64,000 bases of DNA, from IMG/VR virus record IMGVR_UViG_3300007735_000798, positions 40,737 through 104,736 of that record; one strand, written 5' to 3'. This DNA is from a virus. Positions 52,648-61,277 of this stretch are shown here, in pieces (position 1 is the first letter of the stretch; each line of letters opens with the position of its first letter). The translations under genes were made by a program, and so were the position numbers. A model generated the notes under the pieces. That model saw only the letters and a program-made list of their open reading frames with translations. It searched no databases and was not told where the DNA came from.

Positions 52648-52682
52648 CTTGACTTTTCCCGCATCTCTGGTAGATTGTAAGT

Positions 52683-52856
52683 ATGAAAAACGGATACACT
52701 AAAAGCTGGCGCGCTAAAGAGCGCGTCGAAACTCTCGACCTTCCTCTCGCGGAGGACAACGATCACCCTGTTTGGGTGAAGCGTCCTAAAGACGCTTTCG
52801 AGCGTGAACTGGAGCGGTTGAACCGCGAAGAAAAGCGTAACCGCTGGTCACGCTAA
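52683..52856 (+). CDS. Early protein, paralog of 55754..55957
   Basis: 57 aa, MKNGYTKSWR...TLDLPL (below the ORF-track length cutoff). Confidence 0.7.
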   Translation: MKNGYTKSWRAKERVETLDLPLAEDNDHPVWVKRPKDAFERELERLNREEKRNRWSR

Positions 52857-52883
52857 AGCTTGTCAAGCAAAAAAGTGTTCAGC

Positions 52884-52960
52884 GTAAACCACTGAACATC
52901 AAGCGCTTACGACGGCGCGCCCCGCCGCGCGGCGTAACCCGTTGAAAATCAAGCACTTAT
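52884..52960 (+). repeat. 77-bp element R3
   Basis: Same arms and CGCGCCCCGCCGCGC core. Confidence 0.9.
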
Positions 52961-53078
52961 GCAAAGCGCCGTTCAGAAAGCGTGCCAACTTCAGAAATTT
53001 TTTTTCTTCAACAAAAAAACTTTAGAAAATCGAAAAGATTTTCATTGCTTTTTGCGCGTTCTGTGATATGCTGTATGT

Positions 53079-53351
53079 ATGAAAAAAGAAATCACCACAA
53101 TCGAACAAGCAAAGAAACTCTCCGTCTTGGAGTTCATGGATTTGTCCACTCTGGAACGCAAACTTCTGGATGAACTGAAGCGCGTTGAATCGCAGGTTGA
53201 ACTGCTCCAGACTTGGCTGGACAACGCTAACCAGTCGTGCGAAACCTTGCGCAAAGCACGCGACAACTATCGCAGACAGCTTGGCATCTCGTCCGATTGG
53301 GACACGATGGAATCTGTCCGCGACAAATACGATGCCAGACATGGCGGATAA
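53079..53351 (+). CDS. Early coiled-coil protein
   Basis: 90 aa; leaderless promoter. Confidence 0.75.
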   Translation: MKKEITTIEQAKKLSVLEFMDLSTLERKLLDELKRVESQVELLQTWLDNANQSCETLRKARDNYRRQLGISSDWDTMESVRDKYDARHGG

Positions 53352-53391
53352 AATCGCTTGACTCTCACCATCTTTCTGCTATTCTAAAGAC

Positions 53392-53640
53392 ATGAAAAAC
53401 ACCATCACCAAACACGAACTTAACGATCACCTTTGCCACGCTCGCGTTGCTCTGGTTCTTCAGAGCCGCGAACTCTACAAACGCCGCAATGGGTTTTGCG
53501 GAAAATCCTTCCGCCAAACTCTGCGCGACAACATCCGCGCCTTGCGCGTGTTGAGCAATCTCAACACCATCGAAGCGACTCTCTACTCGTCGTTCGCATC
53601 GCCCAAAGTAGGCAAAGCCGAAAAAATTCTCGGCTTGTAA
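53392..53640 (+). CDS. Early protein, paralog of 58400..58639
   Basis: TK.E.N..L..AR.AL...RNGF...R.LS...TI.A.LYS. Confidence 0.75.
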   Translation: MKNTITKHELNDHLCHARVALVLQSRELYKRRNGFCGKSFRQTLRDNIRALRVLSNLNTIEATLYSSFASPKVGKAEKILGL

Positions 53641-53681
53641 AATCGCTTGACTCTCACCATCTTTCTGCTATCATCACTTTT

Positions 53682-53852
53682 ATGAAAAAAGAAAAACTGA
53701 ACCAACACCTCGTCGAAATCTTCCGCGCGATTGATCGGCTCAATCACGCAATCGGCAACGGGAAGATGCCGAAACTCGACAAGGGACAAAAAATCGTCCT
53801 GCGTTCGGCACTCATCACGCTCGACAACATCGCACTAGAGGGACTGCAATAA
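53682..53852 (+). CDS. Early hypothetical protein
   Basis: Promoter duplicated from the one at ~53350 (AATCGCTTGACTCTCACCATCTTTCTGCTA). Confidence 0.65.
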   Translation: MKKEKLNQHLVEIFRAIDRLNHAIGNGKMPKLDKGQKIVLRSALITLDNIALEGLQ

Positions 53853-54082
53853 TGTCACAAAACGAAAACATCATGAAGTCGCTTCACGCTCTCGCAAAGC
53901 ATGAGGTTGCCATGCAAGCGCAGGAGGCGGAAATCGTCGAACTGAAAAATCTTTTGTCTCGCGCCTTGCACACCATCACCATGCACGAGCACAAACTCAA
54001 TCTTTTGTGTGGCGTTTCTACCACGCTTGCGGTAGAGTTGCACAAAGTTAAAAATAACCAAATCACATTCGGAGTAAACTAA
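53852..54082 (+). CDS. Early coiled-coil protein
   Basis: Translationally coupled (TAATG). Confidence 0.65.
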   Translation: MSQNENIMKSLHALAKHEVAMQAQEAEIVELKNLLSRALHTITMHEHKLNLLCGVSTTLAVELHKVKNNQITFGVN

Positions 54083-54083
54083 C

Positions 54084-54248
54084 ATGAAAACACAATTGTT
54101 CTCACCCTTGATGCTGGAAAGCGCGGAAGAAAATCTGCGCAAAGAATACGAAAAAAAACTTGGTCGCTTGCCCCTGTGGTGGTATCCTTGCGCTTTCATT
54201 GCTTTTGCAATCCCAATCGTCACTCTAACTCTAATCATATTCACATGA
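54084..54248 (+). CDS. Small C-terminal TM protein
   Basis: 54 aa, MKTQLFSP...; ATGA overlap with the next gene. Confidence 0.55.
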   Translation: MKTQLFSPLMLESAEENLRKEYEKKLGRLPLWWYPCAFIAFAIPIVTLTLIIFT

Positions 54249-54400
54249 GCAAAATCATCATGACCATCGACACGCGACCGCTCGCGCGCGCGATTGAGCG
54301 CAGTGTTCGCAAGACCACTTGCCGTCCTTCATTCGCCATGCGTGTCAAGAAAAAATTCACGCGCAAGGCAAAGTTTTTTCGCGGTTGGTCTGACGAGTAA
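54245..54400 (+). CDS. Small basic protein
   Basis: MSKIIMTID...KKKFTRKAKF; stop inside R4. Confidence 0.6.
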   Translation: MSKIIMTIDTRPLARAIERSVRKTTCRPSFAMRVKKKFTRKAKFFRGWSDE

Positions 54401-54473
54401 AGCGTTGAATATCAACGACTTACGGCGGCGCGCCCCGCCGCGCGACCTAAGTGCTTGAAAATCAACGACTTAC
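54397..54473 (+). repeat. 77-bp element R4
   Basis: GTAAAGCGTTGAATATCAACGACTTAC-GGCGGCGCGCCCCGCCGCGCGAC-CTAAGTGCTTGAAAATCAACGACTTAC. Confidence 0.92.
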
Positions 54474-54604
54474 GCAAAGCGCCGTTCAAGAAGTGTGCCA
54501 AGTTGCGGAACAAAACGCTCGTTTGAAAAATCATCAACAGAAAAAAGTTACGGAACCGCAAAAAAATCCCTTGCTTTTTCGCAGTCTTGTGGTAGAGTGT
54601 ATAC

Positions 54605-54787
54605 ATGAAAAAGAAATACTACACCACGACAGACATCAATGCCTACGCTCTCCGCAACAAAGCGGTTTGCACATTCGGAGGTTTGAACCTTCGCGTGTTC
54701 AAGGGTTGGACTGCGAAAGGTTCTTACGAGGTGAAATTCCACCGCGTTGACGCTCTCGTGTGGGAGAAAAAAATCGTAAGAAAATAG
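54605..54787 (+). CDS. Early protein, paralog of 52462..52647
   Basis: Shared N- and C-terminal motifs. Confidence 0.75.
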   Translation: MKKKYYTTTDINAYALRNKAVCTFGGLNLRVFKGWTAKGSYEVKFHRVDALVWEKKIVRK

Positions 54788-54822
54788 CTTGACTTTTCCC
54801 GCATCTCTGATATCTTAAAAGC

Positions 54823-55038
54823 ATGAAAAATAAAAACACCACTCCTCAACCGAAAGTCGGACAACTCTGGAGAGTCGCCACTGGCGAACGCAAAGGCGGT
54901 TACACTCTCGTCCGCGTCACCGAAATCATCGGCACTCTGGCTTGTGTTCGCACTCACGAAAACAAACGCGGCCACATCCTGCTGGACTACCTACATCCCG
55001 CCTCGAAAGAGGACATTCAAAACTATCTGAAAAAATAG
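54823..55038 (+). CDS. Early SH3/KOW-like small protein
   Basis: PKVGQLW...VRVTEI pattern; leaderless promoter. Confidence 0.65.
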   Translation: MKNKNTTPQPKVGQLWRVATGERKGGYTLVRVTEIIGTLACVRTHENKRGHILLDYLHPASKEDIQNYLKK

Positions 55039-55073
55039 TTTGACTCTCTCCACATCTCTGATACTCTAAAAGC

Positions 55074-55328
55074 ATGACAACCTACAACGAACAAAAGTGC
55101 TACACGGCAAAGGTGAAAAACCATCTCACGAACAAAACGAAATTTTTCGATGTGTTCGCGCCGTCGATCAGCAAGGCAATCCTGCTCGCTGAAGAACTCG
55201 GCTCCTTGTTCTTCTGCACGGCAAGCGTCGAGTGCATCGCCTGTGGCCTCAATCGCTTGGGCAAAGCTCCTGCCGTCATCACGGACGACATTCCTCCCGC
55301 GCCCACGGAGATGAGTCCAATCATCTAA
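55074..55328 (+). CDS. Early hypothetical protein
   Basis: Leaderless promoter. Confidence 0.7.
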   Translation: MTTYNEQKCYTAKVKNHLTNKTKFFDVFAPSISKAILLAEELGSLFFCTASVECIACGLNRLGKAPAVITDDIPPAPTEMSPII

Positions 55329-55370
55329 AAAATCTCTTGACAAATTCAAATTTTCTGATAGATTAAAAGC

Positions 55371-55541
55371 ATGAAAAATAAAAACACCACATATGGTTCG
55401 CGTGAACACACACGCGAGGAGCAGTGCAACTATCGGCTCGTTCAAGACCCGAACGCTCCGAACTACGATCCCAACTGGGAGGATCCAGACCTTCGTCGGT
55501 TAGCTCGCCGTGAGGCTCGCAACTACGGAGGCGACTGGTAA
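55371..55541 (+). CDS. Early hypothetical protein
   Basis: 56 aa, MKNKNTTYG...; shares its 5' end with 54823. Confidence 0.65.
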   Translation: MKNKNTTYGSREHTREEQCNYRLVQDPNAPNYDPNWEDPDLRRLARREARNYGGDW

Positions 55542-55589
55542 AACAGTCGTTTGAAACACGCGTTTTGTCTTGTCAAAATTACATTCTTT

Positions 55590-55666
55590 GTAAAGTGTTG
55601 AACATCAAGTACTTGCACGGGCGCGCCCCGCCGCGCGACCTAAGTGCTTGAAAATGAACGACTTAT
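55590..55666 (+). repeat. 77-bp element R5
   Basis: Same arms and core. Confidence 0.9.
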
Positions 55667-55753
55667 AAATGTCAAGCAAAAAAATAATAAAAAAAATTGC
55701 ACAATCGCAAAAAAAATTCTTGCTTTTTACGCGTTCTGTGCTATCTTGTATAC

Positions 55754-55957
55754 ATGAACAGAAACGGATACACCAGAAGCTGGCGCGAAGAAGAGCGTCT
55801 GCAAACCCTCGACCTCCCACTCGGCATTGATCCTTGGGATCCTGCCTACCAACGCAACCCAGAGGCTTACGAGCGCGACATCGAACGGATGAACCGCGCC
55901 GAAGGGCGTTACAACCGCTACGGACTCTGCTATCGGGAGCCTAAAAAAAGCTCTTGA
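55754..55957 (+). CDS. Early protein, paralog of 52683..52856
   Basis: NGYTRSWR...TLDLPL...ER..ER.NR.E.R. Confidence 0.75.
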   Translation: MNRNGYTRSWREEERLQTLDLPLGIDPWDPAYQRNPEAYERDIERMNRAEGRYNRYGLCYREPKKSS

Positions 55958-55988
55958 CCCTAACCACAAAACAAACCACAATAACACC

Positions 55989-56204
55989 ATGACGAAAAAA
56001 CAATTCGACGCCATCGCAAAAATCTTGGGCAAGCGTCTCGCTGAAAAAGTAGAAGCTCCCATCGGAGAGTATGAAGTTGTCGAAGTCCTCGCGTTGGACT
56101 TTGCGAAATACTTTGCCGAACAGAATCCGCGTTTCGATGAGGATCGCTTTCTGGAAGCGGTTTACGTTTCAACCCCCAACATTCCTGTTGGATCATATAA
56201 ATAA
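55989..56204 (+). CDS. Early hypothetical protein
   Basis: MTKKQFDAIA...NPRFDEDRFLEA. Confidence 0.75.
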   Translation: MTKKQFDAIAKILGKRLAEKVEAPIGEYEVVEVLALDFAKYFAEQNPRFDEDRFLEAVYVSTPNIPVGSYK

Positions 56205-56298
56205 ATTATGTCAATCTGGGAACCACTCTTTTACCTGTGCATCTTTCCTGCCGCTTGCGGTTTCTTAATCCTCTGGGCAGACTCTAAAAAATAATCTC

Positions 56299-56541
56299 AT
56301 GAAAAAATACATATACACCATCGTGGTTGCTCTGATGAGTAGCCTTCTCACCCTCGTCCTCACTGGCATCGCTGTTTGCGTGTTCATCATCGCGCCGTTC
56401 AACAAAGCGGCTGTTGATCGTGGCTTTGCAAGCTGGGTCGTGACCAACACGGCAACTGGCGCGACCAAATTCGCTTGGAACGAACCCGCGTCAGTCGGTG
56501 AAGATTTCTTCGCGCAAATCGAAAAGCCTCTCGACAAATGA
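56299..56541 (+). CDS. Small membrane protein
   Basis: Long N-terminal TM segment. Confidence 0.65.
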   Translation: MKKYIYTIVVALMSSLLTLVLTGIAVCVFIIAPFNKAAVDRGFASWVVTNTATGATKFAWNEPASVGEDFFAQIEKPLDK

Positions 56542-56735
56542 TCACGCCCAACATCCAAAAAGCACTTGAGTCAAACGGAGTGCGGTTCTTTGCAAAAGAC
56601 TTTCTCATGGAAGGTATGCGGAAAGACTGCGTTGACGCTGTGCATGACGCGCATCTTGTCTATACGCTACTGAAAGAGCGCATGGAAAAAATGCTTGGCA
56701 CGGAAAGCAAAAACGAATACGCTGGAGAAGTATGA
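56538..56735 (+). CDS. Early hypothetical protein
   Basis: ATGA-coupled to the previous gene. Confidence 0.65.
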   Translation: MITPNIQKALESNGVRFFAKDFLMEGMRKDCVDAVHDAHLVYTLLKERMEKMLGTESKNEYAGEV

Positions 56736-56866
56736 TAAAAATAATCAAACGCCTGTTCGGAATAAATCAAACGCCTGTTTCACTGCTCGCCTTGAGCCTG
56801 TGGCACTACAACACTTCCACATGGCTAGAGCGCGCCATCTGCAACGGCACGATTGACGACTACATC

Positions 56867-56943
56867 GTAAAGCGTTAAGAATCAACGACTTACGGCGGCG
56901 CGCCCCCGCGCGCATCGTAACTCCTTGAAAATGAACGACTTAT
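56867..56943 (+). repeat. 77-bp element R6
   Basis: Same arms and core. Confidence 0.9.
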
Positions 56944-57062
56944 GAATAGGTGCAAATACTATCATACTAAGGAAAGAATGTCAAGCAAAAAAGCATAAAA
57001 AAATTTTCAAAAAAAATAAAAAAATCCCTTGCATTTTTTCAGATGTGTGGTAGTATGTATAC

Positions 57063-57256
57063 ATGAGATAAAGATAAGGACATAAACCAACCCACAGAGA
57101 GCCTCGTGCCTGCAAGTTGGTTGTCCCACATCGGCACAATTTTTGATTAAGAAAAGACATGAAAGTGTCGGGGTTCATTCTCAAGAAGGGTTGATCGCCA
57201 GAAAAGAGAGAGTGACGAAAGCGTTGGATCGTAATGACTAGGCCTCCTTAATCAAA
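57063..57256 (+). ncRNA. Candidate structured small RNA
   Basis: Full early promoter but the ORF is only ATG AGA TAA; stems GGACA..AACCAAC/GTTGGTTGTCC and TTGATTAAG/CTTAATCAA. Confidence 0.5.
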
Positions 57257-57298
57257 CTTTTTTATTGACTTTTTTCTGCGTTCGTATAAACTTTAACC

Positions 57299-57529
57299 AT
57301 GCTAAGTAAAACACCACAAGTGGGAGACAAGATCATGTATCGGTTCTCCCAAGGCAGAACCAAACACCCTGCAACCATCATCGCCATCGAGGGCGAACAC
57401 TGCATCTTCACGCTCGATGGGGACTGCGACGAGATAAGCGGCGTCCGTGGCACGAAGTGGCCCATGTGGCACGGACTGCTCTACGACTACGACGAGACGC
57501 TTGTCAAGAAAAAAAGAAGGTGGCGATAA
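57299..57529 (+). CDS. Early SH3/Tudor-like small protein
   Basis: PQVGDKIMY...PATIIAI; stop inside R7. Confidence 0.7.
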   Translation: MLSKTPQVGDKIMYRFSQGRTKHPATIIAIEGEHCIFTLDGDCDEISGVRGTKWPMWHGLLYDYDETLVKKKRRWR

Positions 57530-57602
57530 GCCACTGAACATCAACGACTTACGGGGCTGCGCCCCGCCGTCCGTCGTAAGTGCTTGATACTCAACGGTTT
57601 AT
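57526..57602 (+). repeat. 77-bp element R7
   Basis: Same arms; slightly diverged core. Confidence 0.88.
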
Positions 57603-57805
57603 GCATTTATGAAAAAATACAAAATCGTCATAGTAAATGAATAAATAATTACCAATTACTGATTACCATATCTTAATTCTAACTATTTGACCAAAAGCTA
57701 TTTCACAATTTTACCGTGAACTTGTCAAGAATAAAAATGCAAAAATAAAAAATAATTTTTAGAAAAATCTCTTGCGTTTTTGTATGTCTGTGCTATTCTG
57801 TATGC

Positions 57806-58003
57806 ATGACAGAAAAAGAAACCACCAAGTGCCCCAAGTGCGGGGGGAAAGCCACGCAAACCTACGAGCCACCCTATCAGGAATACGCTGGAGCCAGCGT
57901 TCAGGGCGGCTACTACTACGTTGAGTGCCCGTGCGGTCACGAGGGCACTCAGGAGGCCAGCCTCGACGACTACAACTGGCAAGAGAATACGAGGGGCTGG
58001 TAA
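57806..58003 (+). CDS. Early zinc-ribbon protein
   Basis: CPKCGG...CPCG; stop inside R8. Confidence 0.75.
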   Translation: MTEKETTKCPKCGGKATQTYEPPYQEYAGASVQGGYYYVECPCGHEGTQEASLDDYNWQENTRGW

Positions 58004-58076
58004 GCCCCTCATTCTCAACAACTTACGGCGGCACGCCCCGCCGCGCGACCTAAGTGCTTGAAAATGAACGACTTAC
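58000..58076 (+). repeat. 77-bp element R8
   Basis: Same arms and core. Confidence 0.9.
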
Positions 58077-58208
58077 ATAAAACCACTTTCAGAAAGTGTG
58101 CCAACCTTGGGGCCTGGTCGCACTTTTGCGTAAAGTAGCACTTTACGAAATAGTGACGAGCCGAAAAAAATCCGTTGCATTTTCGCGCCGCTGTGGTAGA
58201 GTGTATGC

Positions 58209-58361
58209 ATGACAGAGAAAGAAAAACAAATCCAAGACATCACCGCAAAAATCGAACAAGTCGCAGAGGATTTGATCGACCCTATGCTGGACGATCAAAC
58301 GACTGTTTTGCTCAACCACTTGAGCAAGCTCCGCAAAAAACTTGCGGCACTGCAAAAATAA
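58209..58361 (+). CDS. Early small helical protein
   Basis: 50 aa, MTEKEKQIQ...; leaderless promoter. Confidence 0.6.
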   Translation: MTEKEKQIQDITAKIEQVAEDLIDPMLDDQTTVLLNHLSKLRKKLAALQK

Positions 58362-58399
58362 TCCTTGCAACCAAACGCAAAATCAGAGAAAATAAAATC

Positions 58400-58639
58400 A
58401 TGAAAGTCACCAAAATTGAAATGAATGAAGCCCTCATCCAAGCTCGCATTGCCTTGTCGAAAGACATCCGCGATTTCTTGAAATATCGCAATGGGTTTCT
58501 GGCTGAAACTTACCGCAGGAACATCCGCGAAAAAATCGCGGCCTATCGTCTCCTCTCCAGCATCGACACAATCGACGCTCAACTCTACTCGTTCGACGCT
58601 CGCACTCGCGCAAGGGTGAAAAAAGCCCTTGCCAAGTAA
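58400..58639 (+). CDS. Early protein, paralog of 53392..53640
   Basis: Shared motifs. Confidence 0.7.
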   Translation: MKVTKIEMNEALIQARIALSKDIRDFLKYRNGFLAETYRRNIREKIAAYRLLSSIDTIDAQLYSFDARTRARVKKALAK

Positions 58640-58664
58640 GTCAAATTCTGCGAAAATCACCACC

Positions 58665-59339
58665 ATGAAATTACTCGCCACCAACACCAAACTCGAAAAG
58701 GGCGCATCCTTTGGATGGCGCACACTCGGACTCTCACTCTCTCCCGCTGGAAAATCTGGCAAGCAATTCTGTCCGCATCGCTCGGCAGGTTGTGAAGCCG
58801 CTTGCCTTGACACTTCGGGCATGGGAATTTTTTCTAATGTTCAAGATGCGCGCCTTGCCAAGTCGCGTTTCTTCATCGACAAGCGCAACGATTTTCTCGC
58901 GCAGTTGAACCGCGAAATGCACAACGCGGAAAAAATGTCCGTGCGCACAAGCGTGCCCGTTGCCGTGCGTCTCAATGTCTTGTCTGACCTTCCGTGGCAC
59001 AAGCTGATCGACATGGCGCGCTTTCCATCAATCCAGTTTTACGACTACACGCCGAACATGGAACGCATGATGCAATTCCTTCGCGGTGAACTTCCGAAAA
59101 ATTATCACCTGACATTCTCGCGCAAGGAGGACAATCAGCATCGCGTTCACGCTGTCATCGCCGCTGGCGGTAATGTTGCGGTTGCGTTCAACAAACTTCC
59201 CGACACCTATCTCGGCAAGCCTGTGATCGACGGAGACAAAAGCGATCTGCGCTTTCTCGACGCGCAGGGCGTGATCGTCGGACTCAAAGCAAAAGGCAAG
59301 GGGAAGAAAGATACCTCTGGCTTCGTGGTGCAAATCTGA
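58665..59339 (+). CDS. Gp88-like phage protein (Cys-cluster enzyme)
   Basis: LSLSPA...CP..S.GC.AACL, RLNVLSD, FYDYT, NYHLTFS, DGD.SDLRFLD. Confidence 0.75.
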   Translation: MKLLATNTKLEKGASFGWRTLGLSLSPAGKSGKQFCPHRSAGCEAACLDTSGMGIFSNVQDARLAKSRFFIDKRNDFLAQLNREMHNAEKMSVRTSVPVAVRLNVLSDLPWHKLIDMARFPSIQFYDYTPNMERMMQFLRGELPKNYHLTFSRKEDNQHRVHAVIAAGGNVAVAFNKLPDTYLGKPVIDGDKSDLRFLDAQGVIVGLKAKGKGKKDTSGFVVQI

Positions 59340-59428
59340 ATATAATGGGCACTTATGGAAATAATTTCTTTGCTCGTTGTCATTCTCTGCGCTTTTGCAA
59401 TCAATCATAACTCAAAAAAATAAAAACT

Positions 59429-59587
59429 ATGACATCTAATCTAATCGCACGAAAAAACTTGTTCAGCTTGTCGCAAAAATTTTTCAGCTTGGCCCTATGG
59501 TCGGAGCGCGCAGGCATCACGCCTCTGCAAAAACTTTCTTTCGCCATCTGGAAAAAATTGCTTGACACACGCGACAAACTGCGGTGA
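59429..59587 (+). CDS. Small basic protein
   Basis: 52 aa; ends 1 nt before R9. Confidence 0.5.
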   Translation: MTSNLIARKNLFSLSQKFFSLALWSERAGITPLQKLSFAIWKKLLDTRDKLR

Positions 59588-59588
59588 C

Positions 59589-59665
59589 GTAAAGCGTTGA
59601 TAATCAACGACTTACGGGCGCGCGCCCCGCCGCGCGGCGTAAGTGCCTGGAAATCAACGACTTAT
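59589..59665 (+). repeat. 77-bp element R9
   Basis: Same arms and core. Confidence 0.9.
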
Positions 59666-59783
59666 GCAGAACCACATTCAAGAACCATGCCAACTTGTCA
59701 AACTTTTTTTCGTCAACAAAAATACTTTCTAAAAATGCAAAAAAATCCGTTGCATTCTCGCGCGGCTGTGGTATAGTTACATC

Positions 59784-59918
59784 ATGCAAGCAAGCTCCAT
59801 CATCAACGACGACTTCACCGCAACCATCCAGAGCGACGAGTTCGCAACGGAATTCGAGGCATGGCTCGACGAGCAGGAAAAAAATTATTGGCGCGAAATT
59901 GAAGCGGAGGGAAATTAA
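59784..59918 (+). CDS. Early acidic protein related to 51980..52198
   Basis: 44 aa; IQSDEFATE vs AHSDDFATE; leaderless promoter. Confidence 0.6.
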   Translation: MQASSIINDDFTATIQSDEFATEFEAWLDEQEKNYWREIEAEGN

Positions 59919-59960
59919 CCGCTTGACACTCGCGCACGAATCACCGATACTTTAGACCTT

Positions 59961-60245
59961 ATGCAAACACCACAAAACCCATTGGAGGGATATGTCTCCA
60001 TCTGCTGCGGAGTGCAGCACGACATCAACGCAGAATACACCATCGACAACGAGGATGTCGTCGGCGGTTGCTGCTCCTGCAAACGCTACGCGGAATTCGT
60101 TCCTGCGGAGGACTTCGTTCGCCGCAAGCGCGGCGTGATCAATCGCCTTGCGTTTTCGGGAGTTAATCAATCCCAAGCCTCTGCGCTCGCTTCGCTCAAC
60201 TCGTTCGTGCCAGACGACACGGACTACCACATGGACTTGTGGTAA
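59961..60245 (+). CDS. Early Cys-rich protein
   Basis: SICCG...GCCSCK; leaderless promoter. Confidence 0.7.
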   Translation: MQTPQNPLEGYVSICCGVQHDINAEYTIDNEDVVGGCCSCKRYAEFVPAEDFVRRKRGVINRLAFSGVNQSQASALASLNSFVPDDTDYHMDLW

Positions 60246-60288
60246 ACCGCTTGACACTCACACGCTCACTCTCTAAACTCTCAACTCT

Positions 60289-60783
60289 ATGGAACAAGCT
60301 AAAATCATAATCAGCACATACGGCAACGGCATCGCTGTCGGCCTCAACGGAACACGCGAACAGATCACGCGCACATTCAACCGATTCTTTAATTGGGGTG
60401 CTGCTGGTGCTGGCGCAAACTTCATGCGCTCAAATCAAGACTGCGAGATGCAGCATGGCGAATTGGGTGACTCCTACTTGCACGAAATCGGGGAAAACTT
60501 TTCCTACTTCCTCTCGACTGACGAGAACATGGTTCGTGCTCTGACTGCCGAGACGATTACAAAGTGGCAGGACTCTCCGATCAGCGAGCAATATAAGTCT
60601 CGCCCTCGTCACCATAAGAAACCAAACGGCACAAAGTTCGTGCGTGATGCGGTTGCCGCTGCGACTGCGGAATATAATTCTTTCGCACGCGAAAACTTCA
60701 TGCTGTTCGGCAAAACTCCCACACACATCTACCAGCAACTCGATGGCGGCGCGCCGTCTTGGATCAGCGAAACGGAGGACTAA
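60289..60783 (+). CDS. Early hypothetical protein
   Basis: 164 aa; promoter upstream. Confidence 0.75.
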   Translation: MEQAKIIISTYGNGIAVGLNGTREQITRTFNRFFNWGAAGAGANFMRSNQDCEMQHGELGDSYLHEIGENFSYFLSTDENMVRALTAETITKWQDSPISEQYKSRPRHHKKPNGTKFVRDAVAAATAEYNSFARENFMLFGKTPTHIYQQLDGGAPSWISETED

Positions 60784-60786
60784 TCT

Positions 60787-61041
60787 ATGTCACACATAGT
60801 TATAGAAATCAAAGGCGAGCTTTGGAGTTTCATTTGTGCAAATCCTAATCTGGGCAGCTATGACATACTCGCCAAGTATAGCAATAAAGGAAAAACAATC
60901 GTGAATAAAAACTTCGGAGAAAAAAATTCTATTGAACTTATAGGAGTCACTCACCTAGAAGTTGCTGCAATTAAGTTTGCGGAAAGCATATACTATGACA
61001 CACATCCGCGCCCAAACCTTGTCAATATAAAAAAATACTAA
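60787..61041 (+). CDS. Hypothetical protein (AT-richer than neighbours)
   Basis: SD GGAGG; ends 1 nt before R10. Confidence 0.6.
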   Translation: MSHIVIEIKGELWSFICANPNLGSYDILAKYSNKGKTIVNKNFGEKNSIELIGVTHLEVAAIKFAESIYYDTHPRPNLVNIKKY

Positions 61042-61042
61042 T

Positions 61043-61119
61043 GTAAAACGCTAATAATCAACGACTTACAGCGGCGCGCCCAGCCGCTCGGCGTAATTCC
61101 TTGAATATCAGCATTTTAC
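61043..61119 (+). repeat. 77-bp element R10
   Basis: Same arms and core, somewhat diverged. Confidence 0.85.
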
Positions 61120-61277
61120 AAAAAATCAACTCCTACTCTAGAATCTGATAAATAATTCTGATAATCTATAATATATTCCCCTATTTAACTATTTAGCCTT
61201 TCGCTATTTCACTATTATACAAAAATATTTTTACTATTTAGCTTGATTTTTTTGAAATTTGTTGTAGATTTATAGAT

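Noticed and set aside
54245-54400. ArfA-like ribosome rescue factor
   Set aside because: Only a basic KKKFTRKAKF tail resembles it; the KGKGSY motif is absent.
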